Positions 7,977 to 17,238 are shown, counted from the first letter of the stretch. The stretch: 64,000 bases of DNA from an uncultured Erysipelotrichaceae bacterium (GCA_945877255.1 CAMCRE010000004.1:26484-90483), one strand, 5' to 3'. The notes: generated by a model not told the origin, from the sequence alone. Translations and numbers: made by a program.

Positions 7977-8963
7977 ATGAAAAATAACTTTCCATATAGT
8001 GATGACAACAAACGTTATCACACACTCAATTACTACTACAAACAAACTTATAACAGTAAACTATTTAAAGTGTCATTAAACACTAATTTTTCTTGCCCAA
8101 ATCGCGACGGCACAATTGCTTTTGGTGGTTGCACATTTTGTAGCGAAAAAGGATCGGGCGACTACGCTGGTGATCCTAAAGATAGCCTTAGAACACAATT
8201 TGAAAAAAATTCTGAAATTATGCGATTAAAATGGCCACACGGTAAAGCAATCGCTTATTTTCAAGCATTCACTAATACATACGCTCCACTCGAAACACTA
8301 AAAGCATGTTTCGATCCTTTTTTAGAATATGACGATGTTGTAGAAATTGCGATTGCAACAAGAAGTGATTGTTTAGATGATGAAAAAATTGCCTATCTTG
8401 ATTCACTGTGCGATAAAAAACCGGTATGGTTAGAAATTGGGTTACAAACGATATATAATGATACTGCTCACGCAATTAATCGTGGTCATACACTAGAACA
8501 ATTTTTAGAAACGATTGAAAAACTATCTAAAACAAGATTAAAACTAAGTGTCCACATTATGAACTCTTTACCCTCAGAAACAAAGGAAATGATGATTAAT
8601 ACAGCTAAATTAGTTGGGTTACTACCAATTCATGCGGTTAAAATTCATATGTTGCATTTATTGAAGAAAACAAAAATGGGTGCTCAATACCGCAAAAATC
8701 CATTTCCTTTACTTTCAAAAGATGAATATATTGATATTGTTGTTGAACAATTAAAATACTTTCCAAAACATTTCATTATTCAAAGATTAACTGGTGATGG
8801 TGTACTAAAAGATTTAATTGCACCAGAATGGACGATTAAAAAAGTTATCGTATTAAATGATATTGATAAAGAAATGGCACGCCAAAATTGCTGTCAAGGC
8901 GATTTATACAATCCCAACATTAAAATAGACGATATCAATCCAAATAAAAAGCGTGAAAAGTAA
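7977..8963 (+). CDS. TIGR01212-type radical SAM protein
   Basis: CPNRDGTIAFGGCTFC cluster motif typical of this family. Confidence 0.8.
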   Translation: MKNNFPYSDDNKRYHTLNYYYKQTYNSKLFKVSLNTNFSCPNRDGTIAFGGCTFCSEKGSGDYAGDPKDSLRTQFEKNSEIMRLKWPHGKAIAYFQAFTNTYAPLETLKACFDPFLEYDDVVEIAIATRSDCLDDEKIAYLDSLCDKKPVWLEIGLQTIYNDTAHAINRGHTLEQFLETIEKLSKTRLKLSVHIMNSLPSETKEMMINTAKLVGLLPIHAVKIHMLHLLKKTKMGAQYRKNPFPLLSKDEYIDIVVEQLKYFPKHFIIQRLTGDGVLKDLIAPEWTIKKVIVLNDIDKEMARQNCCQGDLYNPNIKIDDINPNKKREK

Positions 8964-8979
8964 TTTTTACGCTTTTTTT
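8951..8979 (+). terminator. Intrinsic terminator
   Basis: GCGTGAAAA-gtaa-TTTTTACGC followed by T7; overlaps the stop codon. Confidence 0.7.
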
Positions 8980-9008
8980 AAAAAACACATCATTCAAAAT
9001 GATGTGTT
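8978..9008 (-). terminator. Intrinsic terminator of the M42 peptidase gene
   Basis: AACACATCATT-caa-AATGATGTGTT stem with a T-run on the minus strand. Confidence 0.7.
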
Positions 9009-10101
9009 ATCTATTCGCACTTTGTATTCTTTCAAATACGTCGTTATTTAAACGTTTAATAAATTCAACTAATACTGTTACTGTATCGGCGTAATCTTTT
9101 CTATGAATCAAACTTCTGTGTGCATGAATATATCTTGAGGGAATAGATAAAGTCATCGCAACTGTTCCAGCATGTGCTTTATGAATCGCACCTGTATCTG
9201 TTCCACCAGCCGTCATAATATCGTAAGTAAAACTTAATCCTAATTCTTTGCATAAGTTTTCAACTTCTAGCACTAAGCCACGATGTGCAATTACACTTGC
9301 ATCCATTAGTGATAATACTACACCCACACCTAAACTTACACCATTACTTTTTTCATTTGGCATATCTGTAGCTAAAGTAACATCTAATCCAAATGCAATA
9401 TCTGGTTTAATTAAGTTAGCAGCAGTTGTTGCACCTCTTAAACCGACTTCTTCTTGTGTTGTTCCAACACCATATACTGTTGCTTCAATTTTTTCATTTT
9501 TTAATTGACGCATCACATCAACAACAATACATGCTCCTGCACGATTATCCCACGCCTTCGACATTAAATAATTTTCATTATTCATAACTTTGAATTTTGT
9601 GTCTGGTGTAACCATATCACCAATATTGACACCTAATTCAAGTACTTCTTCTTTATTTTTAACACCTAGATCTAAAAACACATCATCAATCGCTAAAACC
9701 TTATTTCTAACATCGGCAGGTAAACCATGCGGTGCACGACAACCCACTACACCATAAATTTCTTTTCCAGTGCGTGTTGTAATAATTAAACCTTGTGATA
9801 AGATCACATGACCCCACCAACCACCAACAGGTGTTAAGCGAATGTAGCCTTGCTCATCAATCGACTTCACTAAAAATCCAACTTCGTCCATATGACCAGC
9901 CAGCATAATTTTTAAGCCATTTTCTTTCCCTTTTTTTATTGCAATTAAAGAACCTAAATTATCATATGTTATTTCATCAACTGCATCTTCTAAAAAAGAA
10001 CGCATTACTTTTGAAACGTTTTTTTCACATCCTGGAATACCATTCGCATTCCCCATCGCTTCAAGTAATGATAAATCCACATTTCCATATTTTTCTTCCA
10101 T
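9007..10101 (-). CDS. M42 family aminopeptidase (glutamyl aminopeptidase-like)
   Basis: LAGHMDEVGFLV, WDNRAG and TTQEEVGLRGA motifs. Confidence 0.85.
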   Translation of the reverse strand: MEEKYGNVDLSLLEAMGNANGIPGCEKNVSKVMRSFLEDAVDEITYDNLGSLIAIKKGKENGLKIMLAGHMDEVGFLVKSIDEQGYIRLTPVGGWWGHVILSQGLIITTRTGKEIYGVVGCRAPHGLPADVRNKVLAIDDVFLDLGVKNKEEVLELGVNIGDMVTPDTKFKVMNNENYLMSKAWDNRAGACIVVDVMRQLKNEKIEATVYGVGTTQEEVGLRGATTAANLIKPDIAFGLDVTLATDMPNEKSNGVSLGVGVVLSLMDASVIAHRGLVLEVENLCKELGLSFTYDIMTAGGTDTGAIHKAHAGTVAMTLSIPSRYIHAHRSLIHRKDYADTVTVLVEFIKRLNNDVFERIQSANR

Positions 10102-10102
10102 T

Positions 10103-10882
10103 TTATTCTCCTTTTTCTAATACTGATCGACTAATTGATTTTAATTTGTATGCCACACCGTCAAATTCAATTGAATCGACATCTACTTTTTTAGATAAAT
10201 CATATTTATCCGCAAAAACAGCAATCACACGCTCATACGCTTCTTCATGTTTGACGGAAGCAGTTTTCAATTTTTCTAACCTTGAAAGCTCTTCTTGTTT
10301 TTGTGATTGTGATAATTTTTCACCAAGCACTTTAATTTTTTTAGCAACTGTTCCAGTTCCTGACACTTGTGGCATTGTATAATTAAAACCAGCTAATTTA
10401 TCAAATTGATATAAATTATAACGATTCATCATTCTAATTAATTTACTACCATATGAACTAGACATCGCATAAACATTATTTAACGCCATTGCAGCTTCTT
10501 GTGGTGTTTTAGCGTTTAAAAATTTACGATAACGTCTTGTTAAGCGTGCATTTTTCGTGAATAGTGTACTATAATATCGCATAGATTCTTCAATTGAGCT
10601 GAACTCACGATAACTACCATTATTTAATTTAATTCCTAAAATATTATTTTTATTACGTGCTAAACTAGATTTACCCCATGCACTTTCTAAAATTGCTTGT
10701 GCAATCGCTACTGATGGAAATCTTCCAGTTTCTTTCCCCATTTCCACAGCAACTTTTGAAATTCGTTCAAAAAACACTTGGTCATATGCTTTTAACGAAA
10801 AAGTATTTGCGTTGATTATTCCAAACGATAAAATCAGCACCAGCAATACTTTGCCAAACGGCTTTTTATCTCGTATTTTCAT
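10103..10882 (-). CDS. Secreted glucosaminidase-domain peptidoglycan hydrolase
   Basis: Signal peptide; AIAQAILESAWGKSSLA (LytD/FlgJ-type glucosaminidase motif). Confidence 0.75.
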   Translation of the reverse strand: MKIRDKKPFGKVLLVLILSFGIINANTFSLKAYDQVFFERISKVAVEMGKETGRFPSVAIAQAILESAWGKSSLARNKNNILGIKLNNGSYREFSSIEESMRYYSTLFTKNARLTRRYRKFLNAKTPQEAAMALNNVYAMSSSYGSKLIRMMNRYNLYQFDKLAGFNYTMPQVSGTGTVAKKIKVLGEKLSQSQKQEELSRLEKLKTASVKHEEAYERVIAVFADKYDLSKKVDVDSIEFDGVAYKLKSISRSVLEKGE

Positions 10883-10987
10883 AATTCCTCCCTATGTCAA
10901 TATGAATCGACAATAACATTATACCACGTTTGTGTCTTTTATGACAACACATTAAACTTCTGAAATAATCAAAGTACGTTAAACATC

Positions 10988-11020
10988 ATAAAAAAAGTAA
11001 CACTATTCATTAGTATTACT
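10988..11020 (-). terminator. Intrinsic terminator after coaD
   Basis: AGTAATACTA-atgaa-TAGTGTTACT plus T7 on the minus strand (one mismatch). Confidence 0.6.
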
Positions 11021-11028
11021 TATAAAGA

Positions 11029-11505
11029 TTATTTGAATTTATTTTCTAATTTTTGTTTGACATCCGCACTAACGAAGCAATCTAATTCACCATGATGCTT
11101 CGCAACTTCTTTAACAACACTACTCGATAAAAATGAATAATTAGGTTTACTCAATAAAAAAACTGTTTCGATTGACTCGGCTAACATCATATTTGTTGTG
11201 GCGGTTTGTAATTCATATTCATAATCAGCGACAGCACGAATGCCACGAATAATCGCAGTAGCATTTTGTTTTTTCGCAAAATTAACTGTCAACCCTTCTC
11301 CAATACAACAAACAACATTAGTGAATTTTTTACATGCGTTTTGTAACATTGCTAATCGCTCTTCTTGTGTAAATAAATAATTTTTTTGTGGGTTTTCCAT
11401 AATAACCACTACTAATGTTTCAAATAATTTACTCGCACGCTCAATAATATCTAAGTGCCCTTTTGTAATCGGATCAAAACTTCCCGGATAAATTGCTTTA
11501 CTCAT
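11029..11505 (-). CDS. coaD: Phosphopantetheine adenylyltransferase
   Basis: YPGSFDPITKGHLDII motif; 158 aa. Confidence 0.9.
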   Translation of the reverse strand: MSKAIYPGSFDPITKGHLDIIERASKLFETLVVVIMENPQKNYLFTQEERLAMLQNACKKFTNVVCCIGEGLTVNFAKKQNATAIIRGIRAVADYEYELQTATTNMMLAESIETVFLLSKPNYSFLSSSVVKEVAKHHGELDCFVSADVKQKLENKFK

Positions 11506-12703
11506 TTAACTCACCTAACTGTTTTTTACTCATGTCTCGTTTAATAACGGAAATAATACTTTGACAAACACCTATTCCCATAAAAACTGCCATTAAAGAT
11601 GTTCCACCTGCTGATATCATTAATAAAGGAACACCTGTTAATGGAATTAAACCACTAATTCCACCTATATTAAAAATGTAATGTAATATAAAATATAATG
11701 CCACGCCTATTAAAATAACTTTAAAACTTTCATTTTTCGCAATTAAAGCATATCTTATTAATCTAATCACAATTAAAAACATAATAAATGAAATAGCTAA
11801 AAATCCAACTAAACCTAACTCTTCAGCAACAATCGCCATAATATAATCTGTTCTACCTTCTGGAATTAAAAACTTAATCGTCGAATTTCCAAAACCAGTT
11901 CCTAATAAACCACCTCTCGCAATTGCTTCTAAACCAAAAATCAACTGATAACCCGCTGAATCTTGTATTGCAAACGGATTTCTGGCAGCCACAAAGCGAT
12001 AAAACTTATAACTTGCATTTTCACCACCAAAAGCATTAATAATTAAGTCTAGTACTGGATTAGATAAAATTATCAGCATTAATATGATTAATATTATACC
12101 AATTAATATTAACCTTGACTGTATTTTGGTGAATTTATAATGATATGGAATCATTAATAAAATATACGAAATACCTAATGTAATTACTGCTGTTCCAAAA
12201 TCTTTTTGTAAAATCGAAACAATAAATAACCCTATTCCCCCAAAACAAAATATCGGAAAAAAAGCGTCTTTAAAAGCGATTTTTTTATGACGTGTTTTTT
12301 CTACACACACACCAATTAAAACGATTAAATATACTTTAAAAAATTCAGATGGTTGAATCGACATACCAAGCGGTAAACGAATCCACGCTTTTGCACCATT
12401 AACAGATGGGAAAAATAATGTTAGAAGTAATAATATCCCCATTACTAATGTTAGTTTCAAATAATTTCTTTCAACTTTTTTAAAATAAAATTTATTAGCA
12501 GTGTAATTCATGACTAATAACCCTGCAATTAAAAAGCCACCTTGCTTAATTAAATAAGAAATTAGTGCAGTGTAATTACGCTCCATTCCTACACTTGTAG
12601 AAGTTGTCATAATCATCCCCATAAACGCCAGCAATAACATACATCCCGTAATAATACCATCACTACCACGTTTAAATGAGAAATTTTTTAATACTTTTTT
12701 CAT
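11498..12703 (-). CDS. SEDS-family FtsW/RodA peptidoglycan glycosyltransferase
   Basis: Polytopic membrane protein with SEDS-like C-terminal region (GLIPLTGVPLLMISAGGTS). Start moved to MKKVLKNF behind AAAGGGTG. Confidence 0.85.
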   Translation of the reverse strand: MKKVLKNFSFKRGSDGIITGCMLLLAFMGMIMTTSTSVGMERNYTALISYLIKQGGFLIAGLLVMNYTANKFYFKKVERNYLKLTLVMGILLLLTLFFPSVNGAKAWIRLPLGMSIQPSEFFKVYLIVLIGVCVEKTRHKKIAFKDAFFPIFCFGGIGLFIVSILQKDFGTAVITLGISYILLMIPYHYKFTKIQSRLILIGIILIILMLIILSNPVLDLIINAFGGENASYKFYRFVAARNPFAIQDSAGYQLIFGLEAIARGGLLGTGFGNSTIKFLIPEGRTDYIMAIVAEELGLVGFLAISFIMFLIVIRLIRYALIAKNESFKVILIGVALYFILHYIFNIGGISGLIPLTGVPLLMISAGGTSLMAVFMGIGVCQSIISVIKRDMSKKQLGELNE

Positions 12704-12814
12704 TTCATCACCCTTTAGATTATTATAACATATCACATACAATAATTCACATATTTAAAACACTATATTTTTATTGAGTATGTATTTTTGATATAATATT
12801 ATAGAGGTATAATT

Positions 12815-13369
12815 ATGAATATTACAACTAAAAACATAATAAATGATAAAAACCCTATAATTAGACAAAAATCACAAATAGTTAGCACACCATATAGTGA
12901 AGAAGATATTAATTTTGCACTAGATTTATACACATACGTTAAAAATTCACAAGATGATACATTAGTTGAAAAATACGCATTAAAACCAGCTGTCGGTATT
13001 GCAGCCCCACAAGTCGGTGTTCTAAAACAAATATTTGCGGTAGTCGTCTATGATGAAAATAATGAATTACACGAATACGCCTTAATTAATCCTAAAATAA
13101 TTTCACATTCAACTAAACGTTGCTATTTATCAGGTGGTGAAGGCTGTTTAAGTGTGGATGAAAAACATATTGGTAATGTACCAAGATATTTTAGAATAAA
13201 AATACACGCATTCGATTGCTTAACAAAATCAGAAGTAACAATTTCCGCAAAAGGTTACTTAGCAATTGTGTTACAACATGAATACGACCATTTAAACGGT
13301 GTACTTTTTTATGATCATATTAATAAAAAAGCACCGCTCATGCCAATCGAAGACGCAATTGAAATTTAA
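12815..13369 (+). CDS. def: Peptide deformylase
   Basis: GIAAPQVG, EGCLS, QHEYDHLNG. Confidence 0.95.
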   Translation: MNITTKNIINDKNPIIRQKSQIVSTPYSEEDINFALDLYTYVKNSQDDTLVEKYALKPAVGIAAPQVGVLKQIFAVVVYDENNELHEYALINPKIISHSTKRCYLSGGEGCLSVDEKHIGNVPRYFRIKIHAFDCLTKSEVTISAKGYLAIVLQHEYDHLNGVLFYDHINKKAPLMPIEDAIEI

Positions 13370-13379
13370 AGGAGAAAAT

Positions 13380-15128
13380 ATGAAAAAAGAATTAAATTAT
13401 CCAAAAAAAAATGACACCTTAATTTATGCGTTAGGTGGACTAGGTGAAGTTGGAAAAAACATGACCTGCTTTGAACATGACGATGAAATATTAATTATTG
13501 ATTGTGGCGTGATGTTTCCTGGCGAAGATTTACCAGGTGTAGATTATGTTATTCCCGATTTCACAACACTCGTTAATAATCCAAAAAAGAAAATACTCGT
13601 TATTACACACGGTCATGAAGATCATATCGGTAGTATACCATTTTTATTAAAAAGTGTTAAAATCGATGCGTTCTATGCCCCAAAATTTGCGATTGGATTA
13701 ATTAATAAGAAATTAGAAGAACGAAAAATTATTTATTCACGTGAAATTAAAGTAATTAATAATACATCTACTGTAACCACAAAACATTTTAAATTAGGAT
13801 TTTTTAACACAATCCACTCTATTCCCGATTCACTAGGTGTGATTATTAATTCACCAAATGGTAGAATCGTCCACACAGGTGATTTCAAATTTGATTTAAC
13901 GCCCGTAGGTGCCAACTCCGATTATCAAATTATGTCATTTTTAGGTCAAGTTGGTGTCGATTTATTACTAAGTGATTCTACCAATTCAGAAGTAAGTGGC
14001 TTTTCTACTTCTGAAAAACAAGTTGCACAAAAAATTAATGCGATCATGCAAAAAACACAAGGTCGTTTAATTGTTGCTACTTTTGCATCTAACGTACATC
14101 GTGTTGGGCAAATTTTAGAAGCAGCAGTTAAAAATGGTAGAAAAGTTATCGTATTTGGTCGATCTATGGAAAACGTTGTTGAAATATCACGTAAATTAAA
14201 AACAATTGACATTCAAGAAAATAATTTCTTGAAACCACATGAACTAAATAGTCATCCAGATGAAAAAATATGTATCGTTTGCACTGGTTCACAAGGTGAA
14301 CCAATGGCTGCTTTATCACGTATTGCTTCTGGAACACATCGTCACATTAGATTAAAACCAACAGATACTGTTGTATTTTCTTCATCTCCTATCCCTGGAA
14401 ATGACGGCAGTGTCAATAGTGTTGTCAACAAACTATTCCGTTCTGGTGCAAACGTCCTCACAAAATCTGTTTTTACTGATCTACACACAACAGGACATGC
14501 TTCGCAAGACGAACAAAAATTAATGTTGCAATTAATCAAACCAACATACTTTATGCCCGTACACGGTGAATATCGTATGCTTAAAACACACGCAAACACG
14601 GGTATTGCAACTGGTGTCGACCCTGATAAAGTCATTATCGCTGGAAATGGTGATGTCATTATTTTCCGTAATAAACAAGCATTTAGAAGTGACTATAAAG
14701 TGAGTGGTGAAGATATTTATATCGATGGCAATGATACATCTGGTATTGCATCTTCTGTACTAAAAGATCGTGCTATTCTTGCAAGTGGTGGATTTGTGAG
14801 TGTTGTCGTAACATTAGATTCTCGCAACAATGAAATACTCACAAGACCTTCAATTATTTCACGTGGATTTGTGTTTATTAAGGATAATCAAACGATGATG
14901 AAAGAAGCAGAAGCTATCGTTTATGAAGAATTAAAACGCACAATGCGTAAAAAAACAACTTTCTTAGAAATCAAAAACAATATTAAACATGTTTTAGAAG
15001 CGTTTTTATATAAAGAAACAAAACGCCACACAATCGTTATTCCGGTTATCCTTAATTCAGTTGAAGCAATAAACCAAATTAAACAATACCAAGAAAATAA
15101 GAAAAAATATGAAAAAAATAAAAAATAA
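13380..15128 (+). CDS. rnj: Ribonuclease J
   Basis: Metallo-beta-lactamase/beta-CASP fold, HGHEDHIG. Start at ATG 13380 behind AAAGGAG; the track's N-terminal extension overlaps def. Confidence 0.9.
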   Translation: MKKELNYPKKNDTLIYALGGLGEVGKNMTCFEHDDEILIIDCGVMFPGEDLPGVDYVIPDFTTLVNNPKKKILVITHGHEDHIGSIPFLLKSVKIDAFYAPKFAIGLINKKLEERKIIYSREIKVINNTSTVTTKHFKLGFFNTIHSIPDSLGVIINSPNGRIVHTGDFKFDLTPVGANSDYQIMSFLGQVGVDLLLSDSTNSEVSGFSTSEKQVAQKINAIMQKTQGRLIVATFASNVHRVGQILEAAVKNGRKVIVFGRSMENVVEISRKLKTIDIQENNFLKPHELNSHPDEKICIVCTGSQGEPMAALSRIASGTHRHIRLKPTDTVVFSSSPIPGNDGSVNSVVNKLFRSGANVLTKSVFTDLHTTGHASQDEQKLMLQLIKPTYFMPVHGEYRMLKTHANTGIATGVDPDKVIIAGNGDVIIFRNKQAFRSDYKVSGEDIYIDGNDTSGIASSVLKDRAILASGGFVSVVVTLDSRNNEILTRPSIISRGFVFIKDNQTMMKEAEAIVYEELKRTMRKKTTFLEIKNNIKHVLEAFLYKETKRHTIVIPVILNSVEAINQIKQYQENKKKYEKNKK

Positions 15129-15906
15129 ATTTTTATCAATAATTAGTATTAGCGTACTAGTAATACTTTCTGTTATTGCCTATCAAATATTTTTTTCTAA
15201 TGATCATGTTGTTGTTAAACATGTGCATATTCAATCAGACAAACTCACTGCACCATTTATGATGCGAATAGGTGTTATTTCTGATATTAAATATGGTAAA
15301 TTCATGACAAAAGAGCGATTAGAAAAATTTATCACAGAACTCAACAATGAAAACGTCGATACTGTATTTTTCTTAGGAGACTTATTTCATCCTGGTGTTG
15401 AAATAAGTGAACATCAAATTGAATTAACGAATATTTTAAAAACGATTAATCCAAAAGCTGGTAAATTTTATATTTATGGTAATGGTGATAGTCAAGAAAA
15501 AATCAAACCAATTTTTGATAACGCGCATTTTGAATCACTTAATGAATCTTATACACTATTACACAATAGCAATCAATCTATTCAAGTCTTTGGACTAAAT
15601 ACAACTTATAAAGACATATTTAAATCATTAAATGATTCAAAATATGCAATCGTACTAAGTCACTATCCACACCTTGTAACTTCATTACCTGCTAGCATTA
15701 ATTTAGTATTAAGTGGCCATACACTCGGTAATCAAATCAATATACCACTTATCACTAGCAGTAATGAATACACATTAGGAAAATACGAAATTTCAAACAA
15801 TACAACACTTTATGTCAACGGTGGATTAGGGACAGAAAATAATGATATTCGATTTTTTTCTCCTCCTGAAATCACTGTAATTACAATAGAAGGTACAAAA
15901 AAATAA
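15109..15906 (+). CDS. Membrane-anchored metallophosphoesterase (YkuE-like)
   Basis: N-terminal TM; GDLFHPG, GNGD, SGHTLG motifs. Confidence 0.75.
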   Translation: MKKIKNKFLSIISISVLVILSVIAYQIFFSNDHVVVKHVHIQSDKLTAPFMMRIGVISDIKYGKFMTKERLEKFITELNNENVDTVFFLGDLFHPGVEISEHQIELTNILKTINPKAGKFYIYGNGDSQEKIKPIFDNAHFESLNESYTLLHNSNQSIQVFGLNTTYKDIFKSLNDSKYAIVLSHYPHLVTSLPASINLVLSGHTLGNQINIPLITSSNEYTLGKYEISNNTTLYVNGGLGTENNDIRFFSPPEITVITIEGTKK

Positions 15907-15934
15907 CCGTGAAACAATATTCACGGTTATTTTT
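15905..15934 (+). terminator. Intrinsic terminator
   Basis: AACCGTGAA-acaata-TTCACGGTT followed by ATTTTT. Confidence 0.75.
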
Positions 15935-16070
15935 AATTTAGTTTCGCATTTAATAGCATTTTATAGTTTCCTTTTATCCACAGAGCTTATGTTTCAGTAT
16001 CATAAAAGTGAACTAACAACACCAATTATACTGTCTAAACGACATTTTTAAATTTTGCAAATTCTACGGA

Positions 16071-16118
16071 ATCACTAATGATTCCATTATAAATTTCCTC
16101 TTTTCTACATTTATTTTT
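16071..16118. repeat. Direct repeat copy A (degenerate copy of the mscL 3' end and downstream sequence)
   Basis: 22/22 core ACTAATGATTCCATTATAAATT at 16074..16095 plus shared TCTTTT and ATTTATTTTT; 4-nt insertion relative to copy B. Confidence 0.8.
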
Positions 16119-16286
16119 GTTTTAGTACTACTTACGAAAAATTAAGGAACACAAAATCATAATAGAAATATTTCTTATAAAAATTATTCCTTAATTTTTA
16201 TATCTTTGGTAGTTACTTAAATGGATAACTCACTACTGTAATTTGAGTATATGACATAAAATAATTAAATATTTATATTTTCAACT

Positions 16287-16622
16287 CTATTCATTTTCTA
16301 CTGTATAACCAATAAAAAATGAATAAAACAAGAAAATTGTAATTACTATACTATATAAAACCAAATTAATAACACCATCTATTGGATAAATTACCATAAA
16401 ATGATAAATAACAGCTAAAATAGTAGCTATTATTTCATATATATTAGTTTTTGTTAATTTAATATCAAACATATGTAAATATCTCAGTAAATTAATACTA
16501 TTACCTTGTCCTAAATTAATTGTACTGACACATACTAATACTGTAAATAAAAATAATTCATTAGGATATCGAAATAATTGATTTACAAAAATAATTATCA
16601 CTACCAATAATAATTTTATCAT
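16287..16622 (-). CDS. Polytopic small membrane protein (111 aa)
   Basis: ORF track; about 4 TM segments; ATGA-coupled to the upstream 30-aa ORF. Confidence 0.6.
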   Translation of the reverse strand: MIKLLLVVIIIFVNQLFRYPNELFLFTVLVCVSTINLGQGNSINLLRYLHMFDIKLTKTNIYEIIATILAVIYHFMVIYPIDGVINLVLYSIVITIFLFYSFFIGYTVENE

Positions 16623-16711
16623 AACACCACCATACCCAAAACATAAATTAATAAGATTGTATACAGAATTAAAAATATTTTTTTTATCACACTACATTTT
16701 TTAAAAATCAT
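16619..16711 (-). CDS. Hydrophobic 30-aa peptide
   Basis: Hand translation MIFKKCSVIKKIFLILYTILLIYVLGMVVL; RBS-like TGAGGT upstream; its stop overlaps the ATG of the 111-aa ORF. Confidence 0.45.
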   Translation of the reverse strand: MIFKKCSVIKKIFLILYTILLIYVLGMVVL

Positions 16712-16724
16712 ATTCACCCAAACC

Positions 16725-16843
16725 TCATATAACAGCTACTCCTGCTGCAAATCCTAATAATTTAGCCCACCATGGTAATGCCCAAAATCCTTTTGCAACA
16801 CTCCATCCAATTTTGCCATCAACTGCAAAAAACCTGCAGACAT
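16725..16843 (-). pseudogene. Cationic Trp/Gly-rich peptide gene broken at a T6 run
   Basis: ATG 16843 reads MSAGFL... for 29 codons. The -1 frame from the T-run (16827..16832) reads FFAVDGKIGWSVAKGFWALPWWAKLLGFAAGVAVI* with no in-frame start codon. Confidence 0.45.
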
Positions 16844-16868
16844 TTTGCAGTCCAGTCCTTAAATTAGT

Positions 16869-17051
16869 CTATCTTTTATACATATATTTTAAAAGCTTAT
16901 CACAAATATACTTCATAATAAATAAACTACCTATGAATATTATTTGTTGTACTAAAAAATTACGAAAATTCAATCCATAAACTAAACTTATTCCACTTGA
17001 AATCAATATTCCTGTTGTGTAAAATATTTTTTTAGCCAAAGCATATTCCAT
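16869..17051 (-). CDS. Two-TM small membrane protein (60 aa), immunity-protein-like
   Basis: ORF track; strong RBS GGAGG; directly follows the 45-aa peptide ORF. Confidence 0.6.
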   Translation of the reverse strand: MEYALAKKIFYTTGILISSGISLVYGLNFRNFLVQQIIFIGSLFIMKYICDKLLKYMYKR

Positions 17052-17054
17052 GTC

Positions 17055-17192
17055 CTAATCTACCTCCGACCAACCGTCTGCATAATCAATTGCAGTCGCA
17101 ATATTATCTACCGAATTCCAAGGTTGATTCCACTTAAAAAATCTTCCATCCAAATACAGCATCTCATCTTCGTGTAACTCTACATAATTCAT
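17055..17192 (-). CDS. Acidic Trp-rich 45-aa peptide
   Basis: Hand translation MNYVELHEDEMLYLDGRFFKWNQPWNSVDNIATAIDYADGWSEVD. The RBS is weak, so the start is uncertain. Confidence 0.4.
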   Translation of the reverse strand: MNYVELHEDEMLYLDGRFFKWNQPWNSVDNIATAIDYADGWSEVD

Positions 17193-17195
17193 TGG

Positions 17196-17238
17196 ATAAC
17201 TAATGATTCCATTATAAATTATTCTTTTATTTATTTTT
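17196..17238. repeat. Direct repeat copy B (contains the mscL stop codon)
   Basis: Core at 17199..17220 is identical to 16074..16095; the mscL TAA lies at 17229..17227 inside the repeat. Confidence 0.8.

Noticed and set aside
9939-10382. 147-aa plus-strand ORF across the M42 peptidase/glucosaminidase junction. Similar antisense ORFs occur at 9248..9508, 17318..17653, 18072..18569, 22403..23077, 45361..45840, 47518..48057 and 58120..58845.
   Set aside because: Each lies fully antisense to a long minus-strand gene with clear family motifs. They have low-complexity, Ser/Thr/Ile/Phe-rich composition and no RBS, so they are shadow ORFs.
13299-13379. 27-codon N-terminal extension of RNase J in the ORF track.
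   Set aside because: It overlaps the def 3' end and has odd composition. A good RBS (AAAGGAG) precedes the ATG at 13380, which gives the normal RNase J N-terminus.
16141-16200. AATTAAGGAA...TTCCTTAATT inverted repeat with an inner AGAAATATTTCT palindrome, as possible IS or MITE ends.
   Set aside because: It is a single copy in the window with no transposase and no flanking target duplication. It is most likely a structured 3' UTR or terminator-like element of the islet operon.
16821-16850. ACTGCAAAA...TTTTGCAGT hairpin as a terminator after the 60-aa ORF, or TAG read-through into the Trp-rich frame.
   Set aside because: No T-run follows the stem on the minus strand. Read-through of TAG has no support here. 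The T6 frameshift explanation with an upstream ATG is simpler.
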